Source: an uncultured bacterium
Lineage (GTDB): Bacteria; Krumholzibacteriota; Krumholzibacteriia; Krumholzibacteriales; Krumholzibacteriaceae
Direction: 5' to 3'
DNA length: 64,000 nucleotides
Assembly: GCA_963813815.1 (NCBI GenBank)
Contig: CAWFAD010000008.1
Coordinates: 128,001-192,000, forward strand
A program made the translations under genes and the position numbers. Each line of letters opens with the position of its first letter. Position 1 is the first letter of the stretch. Below the pieces are notes generated by a model. That model worked only from the letters and a program-made list of their open reading frames with translations. It was not told the origin of the DNA and ran no database searches. Of this stretch, positions 54,900 to 64,000 are shown piece after piece.

Positions 54900-56630
54900 A
54901 TGAACGTGCGCATCGCCCTCGCACAGGTCAACCCCACGGTCGGCGATCTCGCGGGAAACGCCGCGCTCGCCCGGCGCCTGACGGCTGAGGCGAAGCGTCT
55001 CGGGTGCGGCCTCGTCGCCTTCCCCGAGCTGATGCTCTGCGGATACCCGCCGGAGGACCTCCTCCTCAAGCCGCGCTTTCTCGAGGACTGCGAGAGAACG
55101 CTCCGGCGCCTCGCCCGGGAGACCAGCGGCATCGCCGTTCTCATCGGCGCCCCCGCGCCGGCGGAGATCCCCGGCGGCCGCCCCTACAACGCGTGCCGCC
55201 TCCTCGTCGACGGCCGGATCGCCGCCACGTACCGCAAGATCAACCTCCCGAACTACGGCGTGTTCGACGAGCAGCGCTACTTCGAGCAGGGTCGGCTCGC
55301 GCTCGTCGCCCGCTTCGGCCGCGTGCCGGTCGCCGTCAACATCTGCGAGGACATCTGGGTGGAGGACGGCCCGGCGGAGGCGCAGACGGAGCTCGGCGGG
55401 GCGCGGATCGTCGTCAACATTTCCGCCTCGCCCTACCACCGCGGCAAGGGCCGGGAGCGCGAGCGCCTCATGCGGCGGCGCGCGCGGGAGAACGGATGCT
55501 GGCTCTGCTACCTCAACCTCGTCGGCGGTCAGGACGAGCTCGTTTTCGACGGCTGCAGCGTCGTCGCCGATCCCGCCGGCCGCACGATCGCCCGCGGAAA
55601 GCAGTTCGAGGAGGATCTCCTCGTCGTCGACATCGATCCCGGCTCCGCGCCGGCCCGCCGGCGGCGGCCGGCCCGCCGGGCGGCGCGCCACATCGTCGAG
55701 ATCGTCGATCTGCCGGCGCTCCGGAGCGCGCGCGGCGCGCGGGCGCGGCGGCGCGTCGAACCGCACCCGCAGCCGATCGAGGAGGTCTACCGGGCGCTCG
55801 TCCTCGGCACGCGCGACTACGTCGAGAAGAACGGATTCTCGGGGGTCGTTCTCGGGATGAGCGGAGGAGTCGACTCGGCGCTCGTCGGAGCGATCGCCGC
55901 GGACGCCCTCGGCGAGGATCGCGTCGTCGCCGTCACCATGCCTTCGCCCTTCACCTCGCCCGAAACGCTTCGCGACGCGCGCGCGGTGTGCCGCAACCTC
56001 CGGCTGCGGATGATCGAGGCGCCGATTCACGCCGTCTACGAGTCGTTCATCGACACGATGCGACCCGCCTTCTCCGGAAAGCGTCCGGACGTCACCGAGG
56101 AGAATATCCAGGCGCGCGTCCGCGGTAACATTCTCATGGCGCTCTCGAACAAGTTCGGCTGGCTCGTGCTCACGACGGGAAACAAGAGCGAGCTCGCCAC
56201 CGGCTACTGCACGCTCTACGGCGACATGGCCGGCGGGTTCGCCGTCATCAAGGACGTGCCGAAGACCCTCGTCTATCCGCTCTGCCGCTACCGCAACGCG
56301 CGGGCGCGGCGGCGGGTCATTCCGTCCTCCGTGTTGCGGCGACGCCCCACGGCGGAGCTCAGGGCGGGCCAGTGCGACGAGGACACGCTCCCGCCCTATC
56401 CCGTCCTCGACCGCATCATCGAGCTCTACGTCGAGCGGGACCGGAGCTTCGACGAGATCGTCGCCTCGGGGCTCGACCGCGCCGTCGTGCGGCGGACGCT
56501 CGGCATGATCGACGGGAGCGAGTACAAGCGCCGCCAGGGCGCCCCGGGCATCAAGATCACGCCGAAGGCCTTCGGCCGCGACCGGCGGCTTCCCATCACG
56601 AACCGCTACCGCGGGGCCGGCCATGACTGA
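54900..56630 (+). CDS. nadE: Glutamine-dependent NAD+ synthetase
   Basis: Nitrilase triad FPEL / YRK..LPNYGVFDE / NICEDIW; GMSGGVDSAL, EENIQARVRG, TGNKSE, YCTLYGDM, PTAELR, EYKRRQ. Confidence 0.96.
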   Translation: MNVRIALAQVNPTVGDLAGNAALARRLTAEAKRLGCGLVAFPELMLCGYPPEDLLLKPRFLEDCERTLRRLARETSGIAVLIGAPAPAEIPGGRPYNACRLLVDGRIAATYRKINLPNYGVFDEQRYFEQGRLALVARFGRVPVAVNICEDIWVEDGPAEAQTELGGARIVVNISASPYHRGKGRERERLMRRRARENGCWLCYLNLVGGQDELVFDGCSVVADPAGRTIARGKQFEEDLLVVDIDPGSAPARRRRPARRAARHIVEIVDLPALRSARGARARRRVEPHPQPIEEVYRALVLGTRDYVEKNGFSGVVLGMSGGVDSALVGAIAADALGEDRVVAVTMPSPFTSPETLRDARAVCRNLRLRMIEAPIHAVYESFIDTMRPAFSGKRPDVTEENIQARVRGNILMALSNKFGWLVLTTGNKSELATGYCTLYGDMAGGFAVIKDVPKTLVYPLCRYRNARARRRVIPSSVLRRRPTAELRAGQCDEDTLPPYPVLDRIIELYVERDRSFDEIVASGLDRAVVRRTLGMIDGSEYKRRQGAPGIKITPKAFGRDRRLPITNRYRGAGHD

Positions 56631-57102
56631 CCTCGCGATCCGGCCCTTTCGCCCCGAGGACAAGCCCGGCGTCGTCTCCATCATCGAATCGGTCTACCGC
56701 GTCTACGGCTACCGGCTCGACTTCGATCACTTCGACGCGGATCTCGTCGACGTCCAGACGACGTACCAGGACGCGGGGGGAGAGTTCTGGGCGGCGGACG
56801 AGGGCGGCTCGGTCGCCGGCTGCGTCGGCGTCCTGCCGCACGGGGCGGACGAGTGCGAGCTCAAGCGCCTCTACGTCGCCGGGGCGCGCCGCCGCCGCGG
56901 GCTCGCGACGCGGCTCCTCGCGACGGCGCGCGGATGGGCGATCTCGAGGGGATACCGGCGGATGATTCTCTGGTCGGACGTGCTGCTCGCGGCCGCGCAC
57001 ACCCTCTACCTCAAGAGCGGATTTCGGGCGACGAACGAGACGCGCGCGATCGATCCCACCAACCCGACGAGCGTCGAGCGGCGCTTCGAGATCGACCTCT
57101 AG
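56623..57102 (+). CDS. GNAT family N-acetyltransferase
   Basis: CELKRLYV....RRRGLA..LL, A..LYLKSGF. Confidence 0.88.
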   Translation: MTDLAIRPFRPEDKPGVVSIIESVYRVYGYRLDFDHFDADLVDVQTTYQDAGGEFWAADEGGSVAGCVGVLPHGADECELKRLYVAGARRRRGLATRLLATARGWAISRGYRRMILWSDVLLAAAHTLYLKSGFRATNETRAIDPTNPTSVERRFEIDL

Positions 57103-58370
57103 ACCTCCGTCCCGTTTTCCAGCGTGGCGCCCTTCGGCACGACGATGATGCCGCCGCGGATGTAGAAGCGTTCGGCGGGGTCGTCGTACGAGTCGAGCTT
57201 TTTTCTGTTCTCGAGGACGACGCCGTCGCCGATGCGGGCGTTCTTGTCGACGATGGCGCGCCGTATCCGGCAACGCTCGCCGATCCCGAGCGGCACCTTC
57301 CCCTTCGCCTCCCACGGCAGCTCGTAGAGGTCGGACCCCATCACGATCGCGTCGGAGATCCGCGTGCCGGCGCCGACCCGCGTCCGGACGCCGATGATCG
57401 AGCGGCGGATCACGGCGCTCTCGATGATGGCCCCGCCCCCGAGGATGGAGCGCTCGATCGTGCCGCGGTTCACCTTGGGGCCCGGCAGCGAGCGGCAGTG
57501 CGTGTAGAGGGGATGGTGCTCGTCGAAGAGGTTGTAGGGCGGAAGCGGCTCGAGGAGATCCATGTGCGCCTCGTAGAACGTGCGGATCGTCCCGATGTCC
57601 TCCCAGTAGCCGTCGAAGAGGTAGGCGCGCACGTCGAGGGAGGGGAGCGCGTGGGGAATGATCTCCTTCGCGAAATCGATGAGCCGCTGCTCGCGCTCGA
57701 GCACGTCGCGCAGGACGTCGAACTTGAAAAGATAGACGCCCATCGATCCGAGGTAGGGCCGCCGCTTCGCCTCGGCCGCGGAGAGCCCGAGGGTGCGCGT
57801 GTTCGTGCGCATCTCCGCGAGAAACTTCCCGCGGGGCTTCTCGTGAAACTCGGTGATCTTTCCCTTCCCGTCCGCCCGCAGCACGCCGAGCTCGTGGGCG
57901 CGCGAGGTCGGGACGGGCTTCACCGCGATCGTGATGTCGGAGCCGAGGAACCGGTGGCGCGCGAGAAAATCGACGTAGTCCATCCGGTACAGGTGGTCCC
58001 CCGACAGGATGAGCACTTCCCGCGGCCCGTGCGTCGCGACATGCGGCAGCACCTTCCGCACGGCGTCGGCCGTCCCCTGGAACCAGTCGATCGAGGAGGG
58101 CGTCTGCTCCGCGGCGAAGATCTCGACGAAGCCGCCGCTGAAGATGTCGAAACGGTACGTCCGCGAGATGTGCTGGTTGAGGGAGGCCGAGTTGTACTGC
58201 GTGAGCACGTAGATGCGGTCGATCCCCGAGTTGATGCAGTTCGAGATCGTGACGTCGACGAGCCGGTAGCTCCCCGCGAGCGGCACGGCCGGCTTCGAGC
58301 GCATCCGGGTGAGCGGAAAGAGCCGCGTGCCTCTTCCGCCGCCGAGTATGAGGGCGATCACGTCGCGCAT
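57099..58370 (-). CDS. glgC: Glucose-1-phosphate adenylyltransferase
   Basis: LGGGRGTRLFPLT..RSKPAVP, LTQYNSASLN.H, WFQGTADAVR, LSGDHLY, FHEKP, YWEDIGT. Confidence 0.96.
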   Translation of the reverse strand: MRDVIALILGGGRGTRLFPLTRMRSKPAVPLAGSYRLVDVTISNCINSGIDRIYVLTQYNSASLNQHISRTYRFDIFSGGFVEIFAAEQTPSSIDWFQGTADAVRKVLPHVATHGPREVLILSGDHLYRMDYVDFLARHRFLGSDITIAVKPVPTSRAHELGVLRADGKGKITEFHEKPRGKFLAEMRTNTRTLGLSAAEAKRRPYLGSMGVYLFKFDVLRDVLEREQRLIDFAKEIIPHALPSLDVRAYLFDGYWEDIGTIRTFYEAHMDLLEPLPPYNLFDEHHPLYTHCRSLPGPKVNRGTIERSILGGGAIIESAVIRRSIIGVRTRVGAGTRISDAIVMGSDLYELPWEAKGKVPLGIGERCRIRRAIVDKNARIGDGVVLENRKKLDSYDDPAERFYIRGGIIVVPKGATLENGTEV

Positions 58371-58425
58371 GAGGGCTCCCTCGCGGACCCCGCGGCGCCT
58401 CGCGGCGCCGCGGTCCGTCCGCCGG

Positions 58426-59844
58426 TCACTGCTGTTCGAGCTCGATCACGTTCACCGCTCCGAAGTCCGAGAGCGGCCGGTCGAAGAGCTCCGCGTTTCC
58501 CACGAAGAGCATCGTAAGCCTGTCGGGCGCGAGGTACTTCTCCGCCGCGGCCTTGATGTCGGCCGCGGTGAGCTTCGCGTACGTATCGAGATCGAGCTTC
58601 GGCGTGTCGAGCGGCCGGCCCTCGAAACGGAGAGTCACGAGCCGCATCATGACTTGAACCTTCGACTCGTAATCGAACACCTGGCCGTTGACGTAGAAAT
58701 CGACGGCCTTCTCGACCTCGTCCTCGCTCGGCCCCTGCTCCCGCATCCGCTTCATGAGATCGATCATGATCCGCGTCGCGCGGCTGCACGCGTCCCCCTT
58801 CGTCTGGGCGGAGGCGGCGAAGGTCCCCTTCGCGAACGCGTCGGCCGAGTATCGCGATCCAGCGTGGTACGCGAGCCCCTCGTCGCTACGCACCTTTTCG
58901 GTGATCCAGGAGGTGAAGCTCCCGCCGCCGAGAACGAAGTTCATGATGTTGACGGCGCAGCGGTCCGGATTCTTCGCGTTGATGCCCTCGTGCCCGAGGG
59001 TGACGTACGCCTGATTGATGTCCATGTAGGCGTAGTTGACGCTCGAGGCCGGCGTCGCGGCGACGTCGGGAACGCCCGGGATCGAAACATTCGCCCCTGC
59101 CCAGCCGGCGAACGCCGTCTCGAGGGCCGCGACGATCTCCTCCCGCGTCACGTCCCCGCTCACGCCGATAATGGCGTTCGCGGGATGGAAGTAGGTCTCG
59201 TGGAATTTCACGAGATCGGCGCGGGAGATCGCGTTCACCGACGCCGTGCCGTACTCCCAGCCGTACGGATGCTCCCCGTACACGAGCTTCGCGAACTCGC
59301 GCCGCGAGACGGCGTTGGGCTCGTCGTTCTTCCGGCGGATTTCCTCGAGCAGGGTCTTGCGTTTCATCTCGATTTTGTCCTCGGGAAACGCCGGGTTCAT
59401 GACGAGATCGGCGAAGATCCCGAGAACCCGCGGCAGATCCTTCTTCATGCAGGTGAACGAGATCTGCGTGTTGAGCGGGGCGCCGCGCACTTCGACGAAG
59501 GCCGCGAGAAACTCGAGCTCGTCGTTGAGCTTGTCGGCGGGCCAGGCGGCGCTGCCGCCGTTGCGCATGACCCACCGCGCCATCTCGTCGAGCCCGCAGA
59601 CGCCGCGATCGGCGAAGTACGTTTTGACGAGAAGCACGCCGCTCACGACGGGGATCTCGTGATCCTCGACGAAGAAGCCGGCGAGACCGTTCGAGAGCGC
59701 TATCTCGACCGTCTCCGGCGTCTTGACCGAGAGCGGCGCGTAGACGAGCTTGCTCGGGTGCGGGCGCTTGCCCGCCTCAGCGAGCGAGGCGAACGAGACC
59801 GCGAGGACCGCGGCCAGAACGACGATCAAGGCTTTGCTGCGCAT
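58426..59844 (-). CDS. M16 family peptidase, non-catalytic partner subunit
   Basis: Signal peptide; LSNGL..F.VEDHE.PVV, N.VLGGG.FTS.I...VRSDEGLAY; no HxxEH motif. Confidence 0.88.
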   Translation of the reverse strand: MRSKALIVVLAAVLAVSFASLAEAGKRPHPSKLVYAPLSVKTPETVEIALSNGLAGFFVEDHEIPVVSGVLLVKTYFADRGVCGLDEMARWVMRNGGSAAWPADKLNDELEFLAAFVEVRGAPLNTQISFTCMKKDLPRVLGIFADLVMNPAFPEDKIEMKRKTLLEEIRRKNDEPNAVSRREFAKLVYGEHPYGWEYGTASVNAISRADLVKFHETYFHPANAIIGVSGDVTREEIVAALETAFAGWAGANVSIPGVPDVAATPASSVNYAYMDINQAYVTLGHEGINAKNPDRCAVNIMNFVLGGGSFTSWITEKVRSDEGLAYHAGSRYSADAFAKGTFAASAQTKGDACSRATRIMIDLMKRMREQGPSEDEVEKAVDFYVNGQVFDYESKVQVMMRLVTLRFEGRPLDTPKLDLDTYAKLTAADIKAAAEKYLAPDRLTMLFVGNAELFDRPLSDFGAVNVIELEQQ

Positions 59845-59856
59845 CGCACCTCTCCT

Positions 59857-61737
59857 TTACTTCTTCGTGGCGGCCTTCGCGCGCTCCCAGAGCTCTTTGC
59901 CGAGCTCTTTGCGCTCGGCGTCGGTCTTGAGACTCTGGAACTTCTGGAATATCGCGACCTGCTCCTCCTGCGGGAGCGTCTGGATGTACTGCATGAGCGC
60001 CTTCTCGTCGATCTGCTCCTCGCCCCCCGCCCCTTCCCGCTGCTCGACCTGAACGCGGTAGGCGACCGTGCGGTTCTTCGCCGTGAGGTATTCTCGCGCG
60101 ACCCGCATGACGTCCTCGGCCGTCACCTGCTTCGCGCGCTCGAGGATGCGGAAGTTGGCGCGGTAGTCGCCGTAGAAAAGCCGTCCGAACCCGGCGGTGA
60201 AGGCGATCCCGAGGTTCGATCCGAGCTGGCGGATGAGCGCCGCGTCGATCTGATTCTTGACTCTCTCGAGCTCCCGAGCCGTCACGGGCTCGCTCTTGAG
60301 CCGCTCGATCTCAGCGAGCAGCGCCGCCTCGACCTCCTCGAGCGTGTGCGGGTTGCGCGGCAGGGCCTCGATCACCATGAGGTTGTCGTACCGGGAGCCC
60401 GGCCCGTCGTAAACGTTCGGCTCCTCGGCCAGAAGCTGCTGCTTCTCGAACACCGTCTGGTAGAAACGGGAGGTGCGTCCGTTCGCGAGAACGTTCTCGA
60501 TCACGTCGAACGCCGCGGCGTCGGGATCGGGGTAGATGGGCTTGTGATATCCGATCATGAGCTTCGGATTGGCCGTGTGCTCGAGGACGATCCGCCGCTC
60601 CCCCTTCTGTTCGGGCTCGATCGTTTCGACGCGGGGCGGCTCGGCGCCGCGCGGGATCGATCCGAAATATTTCTCCGCGAGCTTCTTCACCTCGCCGACC
60701 GTGACGTCTCCGACCACGATGGCGATGGCGTTGTTCGGCGTGTAGTAGAGATCGTGATAGCGGATGAGCTCCTCGCGATCGATCGTGCGCAGGTCGCTCA
60801 TCCAGCCGACGACCGGCCAACGGTAGGGATGCGCGGTGAATGCGGCCGCGTAGAACGCCTCGCCGAGCTCGTTGTCGGGATCGTTCTCGCCGAGCCGCCG
60901 CTCCTCCATGATCACGTCGCGCTCCGACCAGAACTCCCTGAACACCGGCGATTCCATGCGGTCGGACTCGAGGTTCATGAAGAGCTCGAGGCGGTTCGCC
61001 GGAAGATACTCGATGTACACGGTGAAATCGTTCGACGTGAACGCGTTGAGAAAGCGCGAGCCGTTGTTCATGAACTGGCCCCAGAGCTCGTCCTTCACGA
61101 GGTACTGGCGCTGCTCGTCGAGGAGGCGCGAAATGTCCCCCCAGGCGGTTTCGTACTCGAGGTACTTCTCGAGGTAGTCGACGCCCCCGTCCTCGACGAG
61201 ATACGGGACCGATGCGACGGAGTCGGGAAGCGGCTTCATCGCGCGGATCTTCGCGACGAGCAGCTTCTGCTGCTCGGGCTTGTTCGCGCCGATCGCCGTT
61301 TTCTCCTCCTCGGTGAAGGCGTTCAGAACCTGCTTCGCGAGCTCGCTGAAGCGCTCGAACCGCCATTCGCCCATTTCCTTGCGGAGCCGGATCGTGCGCC
61401 CGCCGAGCTCGTCCGTCTCGCGCAGGTAGGGCAGCTCCTTCTTGTAGTTCTTGGTCCCCATCATCTCGGTGCCCTTGAACATCATGTGCTCGAGCATGTG
61501 CGAGATGCCGGTGATGTTGGGCCACTCGTTCGCCGCGCCGGCGTCGTACGCGATCGCGCAGAAAACGACCGGCGCCGCGCTGCGCTCGACGACGACCCAC
61601 GTCATGCCGTTCCGGAGCTCGAACTCCTTGATCTTCTCCTCGAGAGTCTGCGCCGCGAGCGGCCCGGCCGCGATGACGGCCGCCGCCACCGCGACGGCCA
61701 CCGCGCGGAGAAACGACGTTCCCTTCCGTCCGTGCAT
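59857..61737 (-). CDS. M16 family zinc peptidase, catalytic subunit
   Basis: L.NGM, GISHMLEHMMFKGT (HxxEH), NAFTS.D.T.Y, ESDRM, ERDVIMEERR, HPYRWPVVGW, YY.PNNA. Confidence 0.92.
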   Translation of the reverse strand: MHGRKGTSFLRAVAVAVAAAVIAAGPLAAQTLEEKIKEFELRNGMTWVVVERSAAPVVFCAIAYDAGAANEWPNITGISHMLEHMMFKGTEMMGTKNYKKELPYLRETDELGGRTIRLRKEMGEWRFERFSELAKQVLNAFTEEEKTAIGANKPEQQKLLVAKIRAMKPLPDSVASVPYLVEDGGVDYLEKYLEYETAWGDISRLLDEQRQYLVKDELWGQFMNNGSRFLNAFTSNDFTVYIEYLPANRLELFMNLESDRMESPVFREFWSERDVIMEERRLGENDPDNELGEAFYAAAFTAHPYRWPVVGWMSDLRTIDREELIRYHDLYYTPNNAIAIVVGDVTVGEVKKLAEKYFGSIPRGAEPPRVETIEPEQKGERRIVLEHTANPKLMIGYHKPIYPDPDAAAFDVIENVLANGRTSRFYQTVFEKQQLLAEEPNVYDGPGSRYDNLMVIEALPRNPHTLEEVEAALLAEIERLKSEPVTARELERVKNQIDAALIRQLGSNLGIAFTAGFGRLFYGDYRANFRILERAKQVTAEDVMRVAREYLTAKNRTVAYRVQVEQREGAGGEEQIDEKALMQYIQTLPQEEQVAIFQKFQSLKTDAERKELGKELWERAKAATKK

Positions 61738-61973
61738 ACCGCCTCCCTTCGAAATGGATCTCGTGGTGAGGCCCGGCCGGGCCGGGCGAATGCCGGCCCC
61801 CGCCGGAGCCCCGTCATCCTACTATAAAGGAAGCGCGAAGTGAAGGGGGGAAGCTTCCCCGGGAACCTTCTCGCGGCTTGCTACCCGCGCGCCCCTGTGC
61901 TACCCTTCCCGCGCCGATCACCCGCCGACCGTGAGGGTGCGAGTCCGCTTCCTGAGCCGATACGAGGTGACCC

Positions 61974-64000
61974 ATGAGGTTGTGCCGGCTGAAACATATC
62001 ATTCGCGCGACGCTGGTCTTTTCGATCGTTTCGGCCTTCGCGGCCCGGCCCTCGGGGTCCCAGGCCCTCGCCGACGGCGAAGCGCCCTACTGGCAGCAGG
62101 GGGCCGACTACACGATCGAGGCCTCGCTCGACACGAGGGATCACCTCCTCGCGGGCACCGAGATCGTCTCCTACACGAACAACTCCCCCGACACGCTGCG
62201 CGAGTTTTACCTCCACCTCTACGCGAACGCGTTCCGGGACAAGACCTCCCAGCTCATCCGCGACTACCTTCAGGGGACGCTCTACTTCTTCGTCGGGCTC
62301 CCCGAGTCGATGCGCGGCTGGATCGACGTCTCGGATCTCGCCGTGAACGGCCGCGCGGTCGAGTTTACGGTCGACGGCACGATTCTCGCGAGCGACTTCC
62401 CGAAGCCCCTCCTCCCCGGCGAGACGGCCGTCATCACGCTCTCGTTCCGCGAAAAGATCATGCGGCGCCTCGGCCGGATGGGATGGGCGGGCGAGCACTA
62501 CGACATGGCGCAGTGGTATCCGAAGATGGCGGTCTACGACGGCGACGGCTGGCACCCCGATCAGTACCGCATGGGCGAGTTCTACGGCGAGTTCGGAACG
62601 TTCGACGTCAGCGTCACGCTCCCCGAGAAGTACGTCGTCGCGGCGACGGGGCTTCCGGTCTCGGGAGACCCGGGCTGGACGAAGAACGCGCCCCGGCCCG
62701 AAGCGGCGGGCGGAGGGGGCGGCGGCCATCCGGGCGGACGGCCGTCAGGTGACGCCGCGAGCGGCGAGGCCGCACCCGCGACGAAAACCGTGCGCTTTCG
62801 CGCCGAGAGGGTTCACGATTTCGCCTGGTGCGCGAATCCTTCGTTCGTCGTGCAGGATTCGACGGTGAGCGGGGTCCGCGTCATGAGCTTCTTCCGTCCG
62901 TGGAACCGTCCCTGGGCCGACTCCACGCTCGCGCAGGGGATCCGCGCGGTCCGCTGGCTCGAAGGGGTCGCGGGACCCTTCCCGTACCCCCAGATCAGCA
63001 TCGTCGACTCGCCGACGCGGGGCGGCATGGAGTATCCGATGCTCGTCATGAACGGCTACGTCGACGACGGCCTCGTGCTCCACGAGCTCGCGCACATCTA
63101 TTTCTACGGAGCGCTCGGGAACGACGAGCGCGCCGAGGCGTGGCTCGACGAGGGGCTCGCCCAGTACAGCGTCTTCTGGCGCGCGGAAGAGGCATACGGC
63201 CCCTACGGTCCGCCCTCGGAGCGCCCCTGGCCCTTTTCGCTCTTCCGCGAGCGGCGGATGTGGGACGACATCGAGCGCCCCGTCGTGAAGCTCCACCGCA
63301 CCGGCTTCGCCGAGCGCATCGCCACTCCCGCGCACGAGTTCAAAAACGGCTTCAGCACGATGCCCTATATCGGCGCGCCGCTCTTCCTGCGGGCGCTCCG
63401 TTACACCGTCGGCGACGAGAATTTCCGCGAGATCGTCTCGACCTACGTCGACCGCTGGAAGTTCAAGCACGTCGACGAGGAGGCCTTCCGCTCGGTGTGC
63501 GAGGAAGTCTCCGGGATGGACCTCAAGGAGCTCTTCCGCCAGTGGCTCCACACGACCAAGTCCTGCGATTACCGGCTCGCGCGCTTCAGGACGAAGCGGA
63601 CCAAGGACGGCTGGAGCGCGGATCTCAGGATCGACCGCAAGGGCGAGCTCATGATGCCGGTCACCCTCGCCGTGCGGCTCGCCGACGGCAACACCGTCAC
63701 GGAGCGGTTCGACGGCGTCTCCCGCACGATCACGGACACCCTCCGCTTCGAATCGAAGCCCGTCCGGGCCTCGATCAATCCCGACAACGAGATCCTCGAC
63801 GTCTACCGGCTCGACAACGTCTCGCCGCGGCGGCGGCATTTCACGCTCCTCGACGTGCCGTTCAACCGGTACTACCCGCCCGACGCCTTCTCGTACCGCT
63901 TCCTGCCGGTCGGGTACTACAACGACGTCGACGGGGGAAAAGCGGGGCTCCGCATGCGCGGGAGCTTCGACGACACGTACCGGAAATTCACGCTTCAGGG
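61974..64000 (+). CDS. M1 family zinc metallopeptidase, secreted; partial (runs off window end)
   Basis: Read manually: MRLCRLKHIIRATLV...PYWQQGADYTIEASLD, YTNNSPDTL, AQWYPKMAVYD, VHDFAW, GGMEYPM, HELAH, AWLDEG; GAGGTG RBS. Confidence 0.9.
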   Translation, partial: MRLCRLKHIIRATLVFSIVSAFAARPSGSQALADGEAPYWQQGADYTIEASLDTRDHLLAGTEIVSYTNNSPDTLREFYLHLYANAFRDKTSQLIRDYLQGTLYFFVGLPESMRGWIDVSDLAVNGRAVEFTVDGTILASDFPKPLLPGETAVITLSFREKIMRRLGRMGWAGEHYDMAQWYPKMAVYDGDGWHPDQYRMGEFYGEFGTFDVSVTLPEKYVVAATGLPVSGDPGWTKNAPRPEAAGGGGGGHPGGRPSGDAASGEAAPATKTVRFRAERVHDFAWCANPSFVVQDSTVSGVRVMSFFRPWNRPWADSTLAQGIRAVRWLEGVAGPFPYPQISIVDSPTRGGMEYPMLVMNGYVDDGLVLHELAHIYFYGALGNDERAEAWLDEGLAQYSVFWRAEEAYGPYGPPSERPWPFSLFRERRMWDDIERPVVKLHRTGFAERIATPAHEFKNGFSTMPYIGAPLFLRALRYTVGDENFREIVSTYVDRWKFKHVDEEAFRSVCEEVSGMDLKELFRQWLHTTKSCDYRLARFRTKRTKDGWSADLRIDRKGELMMPVTLAVRLADGNTVTERFDGVSRTITDTLRFESKPVRASINPDNEILDVYRLDNVSPRRRHFTLLDVPFNRYYPPDAFSYRFLPVGYYNDVDGGKAGLRMRGSFDDTYRKFTLQ

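Noticed and set aside
1..64000. Abundant TCGA/CGATCG/GCGATCGC words (HIP1-like)
   Set aside because: Plausibly explained by preferred codons (CTC/ATC/GTC followed by GAx/GCx); not supportable without an observed/expected calculation.

Overview
High-GC (visibly about two-thirds G+C) bacterial chromosomal segment from a diderm. It encodes TonB-dependent, OmpA and Omp85-type outer-membrane proteins and two secreted proteins with FlgD-Ig/T9SS-like C-terminal tails, which suggests an FCB-related candidate lineage such as Krumholzibacteriota, Latescibacterota or Eisenbacteria (inference only). About 42 CDS are supported, and no rRNA, tRNA, CRISPR array or mobile element was seen. Contents: a TBDR-DUF4876-like lipoprotein uptake operon, many peptidases (S49, M19, M28, C1, M16 pair, M1), central metabolism and repair genes (pfkA, apgM, glgC, nadE, dapA/dapB, nth) and a PlpD-like patatin. 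The top finding is a sigma54-driven four-gene operon (15088-28259, minus strand) whose DUF11 Ig domains are split into N-terminal 'donor' strands and C-terminally truncated 'acceptor' domains. The pattern predicts a head-to-tail, possibly Lys-Asn isopeptide-crosslinked pilus: chaperone-like subunit, major shaft subunit, OmpA/beta-barrel anchor and lectin-like tip. The second finding is a DUF1858-like selenoprotein missed by the ORF track (CxxU, in-frame TGA with a SECIS hairpin) in an arsR-trxA operon. Also notable are an Lrp/gamma-lyase/homoserine dehydrogenase/aldehyde dehydrogenase operon resembling a homoserine-yielding catabolic route, a histone-like tail on Hom, a barrel-SppA fusion and several apparently leaderless genes.
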